Source: an uncultured Chloroflexia bacterium | GTDB lineage: Bacteria > Chloroflexota > Anaerolineae > CG2-30-64-16 | Assembly: GCA_963810095.1 (NCBI GenBank) | Contig: CAWEMM010000012.1 | Coordinates: forward strand, 64,001-128,000 | Direction of reading: 5' to 3' | Length of the DNA: 64,000 nt | In this document: positions 29,909 through 39,533 of the stretch, in pieces | Layout of the letters: every line of letters starts with the position of its first letter | Position numbering within the stretch: position 1 is the stretch's first letter | Position numbers and translations under genes: made by a program | The notes under the pieces: generated by a model | What the model saw: the letters and a program-made list of their open reading frames with translations, nothing else | Told to the model about the DNA's origin: nothing | Databases searched by the model: none

Positions 29909-30697
29909 TTATGATACACCATCTGCTGCAAATCTGCCTCGGCCCGCCCGATCTTCGACTGGTAGATGCCCGAGCTGGCTCTGGAACGACGCACCCAGGT
30001 GGCTCGCCTGGTAGCCGGCCATCATCTGGTTCAGCCAGTCCTGCATCAGCGTGGAATCGGCCTCGCGGTACTGCCCGGTGAACGTGACCGTCTCCAGGGG
30101 CAGCTTCGGCGGCATGGGCGGGCGCGGGGCCTTGGGATAGCCGAACACGATGGTCATGATCGGGATAACACCCGGCGGCAGGCACAGGACGCCGGCCAGG
30201 TAGCCCGCATCGAGAAAGCCGGTGCGGCCCGTCTCCGAGAGCATGACGGATCCAACCCCGAGCGCCTCGGCTGCGACGTTCATCGCCATCGCGGCCAGCG
30301 AAGCGTTCATGACGCCAACCGTGTACTCGACGAGCGGGCTCTCAGGGAAAACGTCGAGGACGGCTCTCGCCCGGTGCGTGTCGGCCAGAATGATCACGGC
30401 GGCAGCGGCCTTGAACGGGACAGGCCGGCTAAACGTTTCGGTCCACTGCCCGGACGTGAATGCCGCAAAGCTCCAGGTTTGCAGGTTAACGGTGGAGGGC
30501 GCGAGCCGGCCCGCCTCGAGGATGGCCGCGAAAATGTCCTCGGGGATCGGTTCGTCGGTGAAGCTGCGCACCGTCCGGCGCTTCAGGAGAACCCCGAGGA
30601 GGGCGTTGTCCTCGAGTGAAGGGGGGATGTTCGGCCGGCCCCGCATGATGCGGAGCAGGCTGGTGACAAACACCCTGGGGGAGGGCGGTTTGAGCAT
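29909..30697 (-). CDS. Nitroreductase-family protein (3' end possibly frameshifted)
   Basis: RRTVRSF, APSTVNLQTW, AAEALGVGS, FGYP. Confidence 0.88.
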   Translation of the reverse strand: MLKPPSPRVFVTSLLRIMRGRPNIPPSLEDNALLGVLLKRRTVRSFTDEPIPEDIFAAILEAGRLAPSTVNLQTWSFAAFTSGQWTETFSRPVPFKAAAAVIILADTHRARAVLDVFPESPLVEYTVGVMNASLAAMAMNVAAEALGVGSVMLSETGRTGFLDAGYLAGVLCLPPGVIPIMTIVFGYPKAPRPPMPPKLPLETVTFTGQYREADSTLMQDWLNQMMAGYQASHLGASFQSQLGHLPVEDRAGRGRFAADGVS

Positions 30698-30721
30698 GCT
30701 ATCCTCCGCTGAGGGCCCGGC

Positions 30722-32569
30722 CTAAATAGCCTGGCCCTTGAACTGGCTCATATACAGGCGATAGAAGAAGCCGCGGCGGGCCAACAAGTCCCCGTGCGTG
30801 CCTTCTTCCAGAATGCGGCCGTCGTCAATCACGAGCACCCGGTCCGCGTCCCGAATGGTGCTGAGCCGGTGCGCGATGACAAAGCTGGTGCGGGCACGCC
30901 CGGTCCCCGGGCGCGACATCAGCCGCAGCAGCGCGGCCTGGATGCGCGCTTCGGTGCGCGTATCGACCGAACTGGTCGCCTCGTCGAGGATCAGGATCGC
31001 GGGATCCGCGAGGATGGCCCGGGCGATGGCCAACAGCTGCCGCTGGCCCTGGCTCAGATTGCTGGCCCGTTCAGACAGCAGCGTCTGGTACCCCTGGGGC
31101 AGCTGCCGGATGAAGTGATCGGCGTCGGCCATCTCCGCGGCGGCTATGACCTCGGCGTCAGTCGCGTCGAGCCGGCCGTAGCGTATGTTGTCCATGACCG
31201 ATGCGGAAAACAAGAACGTATCCTGCAGCACCAGCCCGAGCTGGCGGCGCAGATCGGCCTTGCTGATGTCACGGATGTCGCGGCCGTCGATCTCGATGCA
31301 CCCTCCGCCGGCCTCATAGAAGCGGGTCAGCAGGTTAATGATCGTGGTCTTCCCCGCGCCTGTGGGGCCGACCAACGCGATCATCTGGCCCGGCTGCGCA
31401 TGCAGCGACATGTCCTTGATCACATGCTGGTCGGGGCGGTAGCCGAAGTCGACATTCTCGAAGCAGACGTCGCCACGGATGGCCGCCATAGCGGGCGCCG
31501 ACGCGGGCGCATCAGGCTCGGAAGGCGTATCGATGGTTTCGAAAATACGCTCCGCACCCGCCAGCGCGGCCTGGATCGAGTTGTAGATGTTGGCGATCTG
31601 CCGGAGCGGGTTGATGAAGTTCTGGCCGTAGACAATAAAGGTGGCGATGACGCCGACGGTCACCAGCCCGCGCAGCGCCAGGAACCCGCCCAGCCCCGCG
31701 AGCACGATCACGAAGAAGTTGCCCAGCACGTTCGTCAGGGGCATCAGGAGAAGCGCGTACGTGTTGGCCGAAACGCCCGACCGGTACACCGACTCGTTGC
31801 GCTCGCGGAATGCGGCCACGGCAGACTCGTTGCGACGGAACGCCGTAATCACCTTCTGGCCGCTGATCGACTCTTCCATGGTCGCGTTGAGCTCGCCGAG
31901 GTGCTTCTGCAGGTCACGAAACCCCCGGCGGGTATAACGGGCAACGAACTGGGTGAACCAGAACATGATCGGTACGACGAGCAGCGACGCCAGCGCCAGC
32001 CACTTGTCGAGAACAAACATCGCGACCAGGATGCCCACCATCGACAGCACGCTCGCGATCAGCGACGTGACGTTCTGCGAGACGGCCTGGTTGATGGCCT
32101 CGATGTCGTTCGTCAGGCGGCTCATCAGGTCGCCCGAAGGGTTACGGTCGAAGAAGGCGAGCGGCATCGTCTGCAGGTGCTCGAACAGGTCTTTCCGCAG
32201 CCCCTTCAGGCCCCGCTGCGACACGCCGGCCATCAGCCATGCGGACACTGCCTGAAAGAACGTGTTGAGGATGTAGGTGGCGGTCATCAGCAGCGCAATT
32301 CGCGGCAGGCCGGCCGCGTTCCGCGGTACGATATACCGGTCGATCGCGACGCCCAACAGGAACGGCCCGACCAGCCCGAGCAACGTGTAAATGGCAACGG
32401 CGATCAGCACGAAGACCAGCGTGACCTTGAATGGGCTCAGGTAGTGGAAAAGACCGCGCAGCGCCCGGCGCGGGTCGCGTGCCTTCTCAATCGTCGCGCC
32501 CATGCCGGCGGGCCGCGGTGCCTGGAACGCGCCCCGGGGTCCGCCTCCGCCTGGAGCAGAGAAGCTCAC
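30722..32569 (-). CDS. Heterodimeric ABC exporter subunit (TMD+NBD)
   Basis: GDLMSRLTND, GPTGAGKTT, LSQGQRQ, ILDEATSSVDT, IAHRLSTI. Confidence 0.95.
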   Translation of the reverse strand: MSFSAPGGGGPRGAFQAPRPAGMGATIEKARDPRRALRGLFHYLSPFKVTLVFVLIAVAIYTLLGLVGPFLLGVAIDRYIVPRNAAGLPRIALLMTATYILNTFFQAVSAWLMAGVSQRGLKGLRKDLFEHLQTMPLAFFDRNPSGDLMSRLTNDIEAINQAVSQNVTSLIASVLSMVGILVAMFVLDKWLALASLLVVPIMFWFTQFVARYTRRGFRDLQKHLGELNATMEESISGQKVITAFRRNESAVAAFRERNESVYRSGVSANTYALLLMPLTNVLGNFFVIVLAGLGGFLALRGLVTVGVIATFIVYGQNFINPLRQIANIYNSIQAALAGAERIFETIDTPSEPDAPASAPAMAAIRGDVCFENVDFGYRPDQHVIKDMSLHAQPGQMIALVGPTGAGKTTIINLLTRFYEAGGGCIEIDGRDIRDISKADLRRQLGLVLQDTFLFSASVMDNIRYGRLDATDAEVIAAAEMADADHFIRQLPQGYQTLLSERASNLSQGQRQLLAIARAILADPAILILDEATSSVDTRTEARIQAALLRLMSRPGTGRARTSFVIAHRLSTIRDADRVLVIDDGRILEEGTHGDLLARRGFFYRLYMSQFKGQAI

Positions 32570-34426
32570 TGGGCCCTCCCTTCCGGCGTGGCGCCGAGCG
32601 CGTCCTTCGACGCGGCAGCGCCGGTCATGGCGCTGCTCCCCTCGCCGGGACCCCCATCGAAACCGTTCCCATCCGGCAGCCCGCCGCCAAGCTGCGAATC
32701 ATAGATCTCCCGGTAAATTGGGCTCGACCGCAGCAGATCGCGATGCGTGCCCTCTGCGACGACCTCCCCCCGGTCGAGCACGACGATCTTGTCGGCCTTG
32801 AGCACTGTGCTGATCCGCTGTGCGACCACGAACGTGGTGTGCGCCCGGCCAGGGTGATCCCTCTTCTCCGCCTCGAGCGCGTCCTGGATTTTGGTCTCGG
32901 TCTCGACGTCCACCGAGCTAGTCGCATCGTCGAGGATCAGGATCTTGGGTAGCGTGAGCAGCGCGCGGGCAATCGCCAGGCGCTGCTTCTGCCCGCCAGA
33001 GAGATTGGCGCCGCGGGCGGCCACCCGGCTCTCATACCCCTGCGGCATTGCCATGATGAAATCGTGCGCCTGGCTGGCCTTCGCCGCGGCGACGACTTCA
33101 TCGTCGCTGGCCGCGGGCCGGCCATACCGGATGTTGTCGGCCACGCTGCCCGAGAAGAGCACGGTCTCCTGGGGCACGAGCGCCACCGCGCCGAGCAGGC
33201 TGTCCTCCTGCAGCGCGCGCACGTCGGCGCCAGCCACCGCGACGCTCCCGCTCTTCACGTCGTAGAAGCGCGGGATCAAGTTGACGAGTGTGGACTTGCC
33301 CGAACCGGTGGCCCCGAGCACGGCCACGGTCTGGCCGGGCTGTGCGAGCAACGACACGTCATGAAGCACCTGTTCGTTGGCCGAGCCGTTGTAGTAGAAA
33401 CCCACGCCGGTGAGCGCAACCTGCGGCTCGGCGTCGAGCAGCAGGGGCCGGGCGTCTGGGGCGTCCTGCACCTCGGGCTCCGTTTCCAGCACCCCCATGA
33501 CGCGGCCGGTCGACGCCAGGCCCTGCGCCCACGTTTGCGACAGCATGGTCATCATGATCAGCGGCGTCATCGTGGTGAGCAGGTAGTTGGTGAAGGCCAC
33601 AATCTGCCCCACCGACATCTGGCCCTGGATGGCGCTCAGGCCGCCCGCCCAAATGACGACGACCATGCCGAGGTTCACGAACACGGTGAGCACGGGGCCC
33701 ATGGTCGACATGAAGCGCATGACCCGCACGGAGGTATCGGTGTAGTCCTCGTTCGTCTGCTCGAAGCGCCGGTTTTCGTACGGCGCCGCGCACAAACGCC
33801 TTCACCACCCGCACGCCCGCGATGTTCTCCTGGAGCACGGTGTTGAGGCGATCCAGCCGCTGCTGTACGGTCAGGTACAGCGGCTCCATCTTGACGATGA
33901 AGAAGACGATCACAACCATCGTCACCAGGAGGATGGGCGTCAGGATCGAGCGCGAGGCGACTGCTGGTTGTGACCATGAGGATGAAGCTGCCGACCATCA
34001 GCAAGGGCGCCCGCGTGCCGATGCGCAGGGAGATCTGCACGAGCCGCTGCACGTTGCTCGAGTCGCTGGTGAGCCGCACCATGAGCATGCCCGTGCGCTG
34101 GCGGTCCAGGTTGCCGTAAGAGAACTCCTGGATTTTCAGGAAGATGGCGTCGCGGACGTCGCGGCGACGCTCTCGCCCACCCGGACGGATAGATAGTTGT
34201 TGCCAATGGCAATCATCGCGCTGAGCACCGAGATGCCGATCATCAGCGCCGCGGTTTGGAGCACGACGGCCTGATTGTTGGCACGAATGCCCTGGTCGAT
34301 GATGCGCTGAATGAGCCGGGGGATCGACAGGTCGAGAACGACGAGCGTCGTAAGGAGGACGAGCGCGCCCAGGGCCGGCTTCCAGTAAGGCCGGACGAAC
34401 GGCCAGAGTTTGCGAATGTTGGTCAT
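32566..34426 (-). CDS. Heterodimeric ABC exporter subunit (degenerate site); frameshifts near 34165, 33950, 33790
   Basis: RLTSD, QENIAGVRVVKAF, GATGSGKST, LSGGQKQR, ILDDATS, VAQRIST pieced from four ORFs. Confidence 0.88.
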
Positions 34427-34580
34427 GTGTTTGCGTGTCCACGCCAGATATAACAAGCGGGCGGCCCGGTACGGCCGGCATTGAGCCGATCATCCTTGGC
34501 CGCCCACACGGAGCAACATTATGCGCCCACGGGAGGGAACAGGCAAGCTCTACGGGCCCGTTTGCCCGCCTGTGCCCACC

Positions 34581-35285
34581 TCACCGGGGAGGATTGTAAC
34601 TCGGCAGCGTCGCCACAAAAGCCCCGTCGACTGCCAGCCGCACTTCCTGCTCCCCGATTTCGCTCACCCATCCCACCGGCACCAGCTTGCGGTCCTTGAA
34701 CAGCAGGCCCTGGGCGACGACGAAGTGCGACACCTCGTCTGCATGCTCGCCCGTCAGCACCTGCTCGACCGCGCCAACCTGCTGCCCGTCGGCCGAGACC
34801 ACCCGCACGCCCGGCCGAATCGCGACATTATCGTCGGGGATCGCGCGCTCGGTCCGCTCGACGACGGGCTCGGGCACGGTCAGCGCACCCAGCGTTGCCC
34901 GGGTGTTCACGTTCCCAAGCCCACCCATCTCGCCGCCCAGGACGGGAGGATAGGGGTAGACCGCGGGCGCGCCAGAAATGCCCGCGGCCGAAGTGGTCAC
35001 GGCTGCTCCCGGCGCCACGCCCGAATTGTCGGCGGGGACGTAATAGCGCTCCTCGAACTCAGGAAGCTGCTCGAGATTACCGGCATCCTCACGTAGCATG
35101 ATGCCCTCATCGTCCGCTCGGGCAACCAGCGTCAACGGCACTACCTTGTCCGTCGTGAAGAAAGCGCCCTTGCGCACCACGATGTAGTTCACTTCCTTCG
35201 TGCGCGGATCGACCACTACCCGATCCAGCTGTCCCACAGATTTCCCATCGCTTGTTCGAACGCCCGCACCCTGTTTGAACTGCAT
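34581..35285 (-). CDS. Double PRC-barrel protein
   Basis: GVRTSDGKSVGQLDRVVVDP...YIVVRKG and VVSADGQQVGAVEQV...HFVVAQG. Confidence 0.85.
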   Translation of the reverse strand: MQFKQGAGVRTSDGKSVGQLDRVVVDPRTKEVNYIVVRKGAFFTTDKVVPLTLVARADDEGIMLREDAGNLEQLPEFEERYYVPADNSGVAPGAAVTTSAAGISGAPAVYPYPPVLGGEMGGLGNVNTRATLGALTVPEPVVERTERAIPDDNVAIRPGVRVVSADGQQVGAVEQVLTGEHADEVSHFVVAQGLLFKDRKLVPVGWVSEIGEQEVRLAVDGAFVATLPSYNPPR

Positions 35286-35420
35286 TTCTCACTCCTCGTT
35301 TCATTTGTCCGGCACAACCCAAAGCAGACTCGCGCCCTGGCTCTCAGCGGAAACGGCAGGCCGCCGCCACCGAAATCGGGCTGAGATCGACCGGGAAAAC
35401 CGCTACGTCCGGCCTTGGCG

Positions 35421-36377
35421 TCAGCTGTCCGGCTCGAGCCGCGCTCGCTGCGCAGGCCCGGCCAACTCGGCCACCACGCTCTGCGCCGACACCGGCAGCA
35501 TCTCGCCCGCATCTCGCAGGTTCCAGACGAGCACGTCCCATAGATCAGGCGCGGCATCCCGGATGTAGACCAGGTCTTCGCGCAAGCGATCCGGGCTAAG
35601 CGCCTGGGCTTTCTGCAGCTGCTGCTCCACCCTCCGCAGGTGATCCTGCAGCCGGCCACGGTCGCGGTCGCCAATCTCGGGGTTGCCTTCGAGCGCCATC
35701 TCGACCGGTTGAATCAGGCTCCGGATGTCGCCCGTCGTCATCGCGGCGACGCTCGCTGCACTCTCGACCGGCGAGTCGTACAGGCTGCCCGGACGTTTGG
35801 CCGAGTCCTCCAGGTCCTCGTCGGGGAGGAACTGATCGTACACGTAGGTGCTGCCGCCCCACGTCTCGCCTTGCGTCAGCGGCGACGCATCCGCGCCCTG
35901 GCCGATCATGGTCTCGCCGTCCATATCGCCCTGGCTCGCCAGCAGCACGCCGCCCAGGTCGTCGGCCGCCTCGCTGCTCGTGATCACCGACCCATCGGTG
36001 CCGACAATGGCCGTGCCGTCCTCGAAGTGACCGGCGACGACCACACCCTGATCATCGTCATCCTGCGGTCCCGGTCCGTCGCTGGCGACGAGTTCGTCGT
36101 ACTGTTCTTCCAGGCTCTGCAGACGGACGCCGAACTCCGTGTCGCCCTCGACGGCGGCCTCGATCGCGCCGATCAATTCTGCCCGGTTGCTGTCCGGGTC
36201 CTGATCGAACTCGTCCCAGAGGGAGAAGTACATATCGCTCTGGCGGAGCCGTTCCCGTATGACCCCGTCCATCTCTTCGACTACCGTTATGGCTTCTGGT
36301 CCTGCTGCTTGCTCGAGCTCGGCGCCGGCGCCCCGGCGCAACATGCGCAGCAGGTCCACCACGTCGTTCACTGCCAC
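35421..36377 (-). CDS. Acidic hypothetical protein: helical N-domain, low-complexity middle, helical C-domain
   Basis: 318-aa ORF, RBS gaggagg before GTG, coding-like codon usage. Confidence 0.7.
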   Translation of the reverse strand: MAVNDVVDLLRMLRRGAGAELEQAAGPEAITVVEEMDGVIRERLRQSDMYFSLWDEFDQDPDSNRAELIGAIEAAVEGDTEFGVRLQSLEEQYDELVASDGPGPQDDDDQGVVVAGHFEDGTAIVGTDGSVITSSEAADDLGGVLLASQGDMDGETMIGQGADASPLTQGETWGGSTYVYDQFLPDEDLEDSAKRPGSLYDSPVESAASVAAMTTGDIRSLIQPVEMALEGNPEIGDRDRGRLQDHLRRVEQQLQKAQALSPDRLREDLVYIRDAAPDLWDVLVWNLRDAGEMLPVSAQSVVAELAGPAQRARLEPDS

Positions 36378-36598
36378 ATGATCCTCCTCACGTGCTCACG
36401 CACACGTGCTCACGCGTCGTCTCAAGCCTGACGGTTGATCGCGCCTCCACAGGTGCGCGACGAGAGGCATGAGGCCACCCGCCTCGCAACATAGAACGAC
36501 GGGGACGGAAGAAGTGATCCATTTGCCGCCGGTGAGCAGGCGTGCGTCGCGGCGACATGGGCCGTGCGCGCCGGCGAGATCGGGACGATTGAAGCCGG

Positions 36599-36769
36599 CT
36601 AACGGGTGGCGGAGAGGCTGAGCCTGAGTTCGTGCGGCGGCGCGGCGGAGCTGAGGACTCGCGGCCGCACATCGCCTGGGGGCAGCGGGATCAGCAGCAC
36701 CAGGCCCAGAAGCACGATAACCAGCACCCATCTCAGGACGAGATGCTCGGTCAGACCCTTTTCAGTCAT
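36599..36769 (-). CDS. Small membrane peptide (56 aa), not in the ORF track
   Basis: MTEKGLTEHLVLRWVLVIVLLGLVLLIPLPP...; ATG overlaps the ABC ATPase stop (ATGACTGA). Confidence 0.5.
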   Translation of the reverse strand: MTEKGLTEHLVLRWVLVIVLLGLVLLIPLPPGDVRPRVLSSAAPPHELRLSLSATR

Positions 36770-37478
36770 GGGAGGGTTCTCCGATGGGAGGGAGTTCGAT
36801 GAGCCGGCCCGCAGCCAGCGTCAGCGTGCGCCCCTCGTGGCGGATGGGCGTGTCCTTAGCTGTAGCCAGCACGACGGTCAAGCTTGCGCTGCGCTGATAA
36901 TGGCGCAGCAGCGCTAAGATCTCGTCGACGCCCTGTTCGCAGAGGCCGGCCGTTGGCTCGTCGGCCAGAAGCACCTCCGGACGCCGGACGAGCGCCCGTG
37001 CGATGACGAGCCGCTGCTGGTCGACGCCAGCCAGCTGGCGCGGGTATGCCCCGAGCCTCTCGCCGAGCCCGACTTCGCCGAGCAACTCCATGGCCCACCG
37101 GGTGCGCTCGCCCGCGTCCTCGTTCATCCGGTGAAGCGTCATCGACAACAGGACGTTCTCCAGCGCCGTCAATGACGGCATGAGTGTGGGAAACTGAAAC
37201 ACGAAGCCGACGTGCGCGGTCCGGAAAAGCGACCGCTGCGGATCGGGAAGCCGCCAAACTTCCACGCCGTCATACAGCACCTTGCCCTCGCTGGGCAGGG
37301 TCAGGCCGGCAATGAGGTTTAGCAAGGTCGTTTTGCCAGAGCCAGGATGTGCCGCGATCACCACGAATTCACCCCGGTCGACGACCAGGTGTGCGTCACA
37401 CACTGCGTTCACTACACTCGAGGCCGACACATAGCTTTTGCTGACATGGCGCAGTTCAATGAATGGGGCTGTTGCCAT
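36762..37478 (-). CDS. LolD/MacB-type ABC ATPase with degenerate motifs
   Basis: AHPGSGKTT, GFVFQF, LTALENV, LAGVDQQR, LLADEPT; H-loop His absent. Confidence 0.8.
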   Translation of the reverse strand: MATAPFIELRHVSKSYVSASSVVNAVCDAHLVVDRGEFVVIAAHPGSGKTTLLNLIAGLTLPSEGKVLYDGVEVWRLPDPQRSLFRTAHVGFVFQFPTLMPSLTALENVLLSMTLHRMNEDAGERTRWAMELLGEVGLGERLGAYPRQLAGVDQQRLVIARALVRRPEVLLADEPTAGLCEQGVDEILALLRHYQRSASLTVVLATAKDTPIRHEGRTLTLAAGRLIELPPIGEPSHD

Positions 37479-37773
37479 GCATAACTCCCTTCAGGTGCGT
37501 AGCGCAGAGTGCTACACCCGGCAGCGACCCAGTCCATCGCGCGGACCGAAGAATCGCGAGCCCGGGCAGAGAGGGTGGACGCCCGCAGTCAGAGACAGTA
37601 TATGACTTCTGCTTGCACCCGGTAACCGTGGATTCCACCCATTCTCAGAGCGCCGGAAAGCCGTACTAAGTACCGATGCGGGAGCGACATTTGGCAGGGG
37701 CGCCGATAGGACATTTCGCCTCGCCTTTGATATGATTGCGCAAACATGCCGAAAGGAGCCGCCGCAGCCTCCC

Positions 37774-39174
37774 ATGGACGAGTTCCAGCCCCAAACCATC
37801 ATCGAGCCGTTTCGCGTCCGCTCAGTCGAGCCGATACGCTTCACCACGCGCGGCGAACGCGAGCAGTTGCTCGCCGCCGCAGGCTACAATCCCTTCCTGC
37901 TGAAGGCCGAGCACGTGCTCATCGACCTGCTGACCGACAGCGGCACGGGTGCGATGTCTTCCCGGCAGTGGTCGGGCATGATCGCATCCGACGAATCGTA
38001 CGCGGGCGCCGCGTCGTTCTATCGCTTCGAGGCCGCGGTCCGGGATATCACGGGCTTCAAGCACGTGATCCCCACGCACCAAGGCCGCGCGGCCGAGCAC
38101 ATCCTCTTCAGCGTGATTGCAAAGCCCGGCGACGTCGTGCTCAACAATACGCACTTCGACACGACCCGCGCACACGTGGAGAACCGGGGCGCGGAAGCGC
38201 GCGACCTGGTGACCGCCGAGGGCCGCCAGCCGCACCTGCGCCTGCCCTTCAAGGGTAACATCGACCTGGACGCACTGCGCCGGACGATCGACGAGGTCGG
38301 CCCGTCACGCATCCCCGCCGTCATGATCACCGTGACCAACAACTCGGGTGGCGGCCAGCCGGTCAGCATGGCCAACATCCGCGCGGCGAGTGAAATCAGC
38401 CACGCCGCGGGGCTGCCCTTCCTGATCGACGCCTGCCGCTTCGCAGAGAACAGCTGGTTCATCAAGACGCGCGAGGACGGCTACGCGGACAAAACGCCCA
38501 TCGAGATCGCCCGCGAGATGTTCAGCTACGCGGACGGCTGTACGATGAGCGCAAAGAAGGACGGCATGGCCAACATCGGCGGCTTCCTCGCCGTCAACGA
38601 CGATGTACCGGGCCACCCGGGGCTGGCAGCCGCCTGCCGTAACGTCGAGATCCTGACCGAGGGGTTCCCCACTTATGGCGGCATGGCCGGCTATGACTTG
38701 GAAGCCATCGCGGTGGGCCTGTACGAGGCGCTGGACGAAGGGTACCTGCGCTACCGCATCCGCTCGATGGAGTACCTCGGCGACAAGCTGACCGGGGCAG
38801 GGGTGCCCATCGTGCTGCCCACCGGTGGGCATGCCGTCTACCTGGACGCGGGCGCGATGCTGCCCCACATACCGGCGCTCCAGTACCCCGCCTGGTCGCT
38901 CAACAACGCGCTCTACCTGGTGGGCGGGGTGCGGGGGGTCGAGATCGGGACGGTGATGTTCGGGCTGCAGCCGGACGGGACCGAAAAACCGGCGACGAAC
39001 GACCTGGTGCGGCTTGCATTTCCCCGCCGGGTCTATACGCAGAGCCACGTCGACTACCTGGCCGAAGTGATCCTGGCCGTCTTTGCCGCCCGCTCCGAGC
39101 TACCCGGCTACCGCATCGTGGAGCAGGCGGCCGTCTTGCGCCACTTCACCGCTCGGCTGGCGCCTCTCGGCTAG
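37774..39174 (+). CDS. tnaA: Tryptophanase (PLP beta-eliminating lyase)
   Basis: EPFR, DLLTDSGT, HQGRAAE, MSAKKD, EGFPTYGG, RRVYTQSH, LRHFTA (His, tryptophanase-type). Confidence 0.88.
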   Translation: MDEFQPQTIIEPFRVRSVEPIRFTTRGEREQLLAAAGYNPFLLKAEHVLIDLLTDSGTGAMSSRQWSGMIASDESYAGAASFYRFEAAVRDITGFKHVIPTHQGRAAEHILFSVIAKPGDVVLNNTHFDTTRAHVENRGAEARDLVTAEGRQPHLRLPFKGNIDLDALRRTIDEVGPSRIPAVMITVTNNSGGGQPVSMANIRAASEISHAAGLPFLIDACRFAENSWFIKTREDGYADKTPIEIAREMFSYADGCTMSAKKDGMANIGGFLAVNDDVPGHPGLAAACRNVEILTEGFPTYGGMAGYDLEAIAVGLYEALDEGYLRYRIRSMEYLGDKLTGAGVPIVLPTGGHAVYLDAGAMLPHIPALQYPAWSLNNALYLVGGVRGVEIGTVMFGLQPDGTEKPATNDLVRLAFPRRVYTQSHVDYLAEVILAVFAARSELPGYRIVEQAAVLRHFTARLAPLG

Positions 39175-39193
39175 GCGTGTCGAACAACACCTG

Positions 39194-39220
39194 AAGGGGC
39201 GAGCCTGCACTCGCCCCTTC
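39194..39220 (+). terminator. Hairpin after tnaA
   Basis: aaggggcgag-cctgca-ctcgccccttc. Confidence 0.6.
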
Positions 39221-39533
39221 AGCAAGGTTTTCTGGCCTTCCAAGCACGACGCGCGTGAAATAGCCGGACAGAGCGGACGATAGGCGGGTGAAGCGCTCGC
39301 GCGCCCGTCCTCATCCGCTGTGCGGCAACCCTGTCACCCTCGGAGTCTCGCCCTGCCCCACTGCCCGCCACACGACTCACCGTCCATACGTGTGCGCGAA
39401 GGCACAAAACCCTTTTCGGTCTTTTGTCGGATGAATGCGTCCATGTTGTATGTTAACCTGCCACAGTTGCGTAAGTGCATTTTGCCGATGGTTTGGCGCG
39501 CCTTGCATTTGGCGGACGCCGGGAAGGACAATC

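Noticed and set aside
37480-37770. TnaC-like leader peptide or riboswitch upstream of tnaA
   Set aside because: No short ORF with the TnaC W/D/P pattern and no recognisable aptamer
37774-39174. Tyrosine phenol-lyase
   Set aside because: SAKKD and LRHFT fit tryptophanase better than SGKKD/LRFFT
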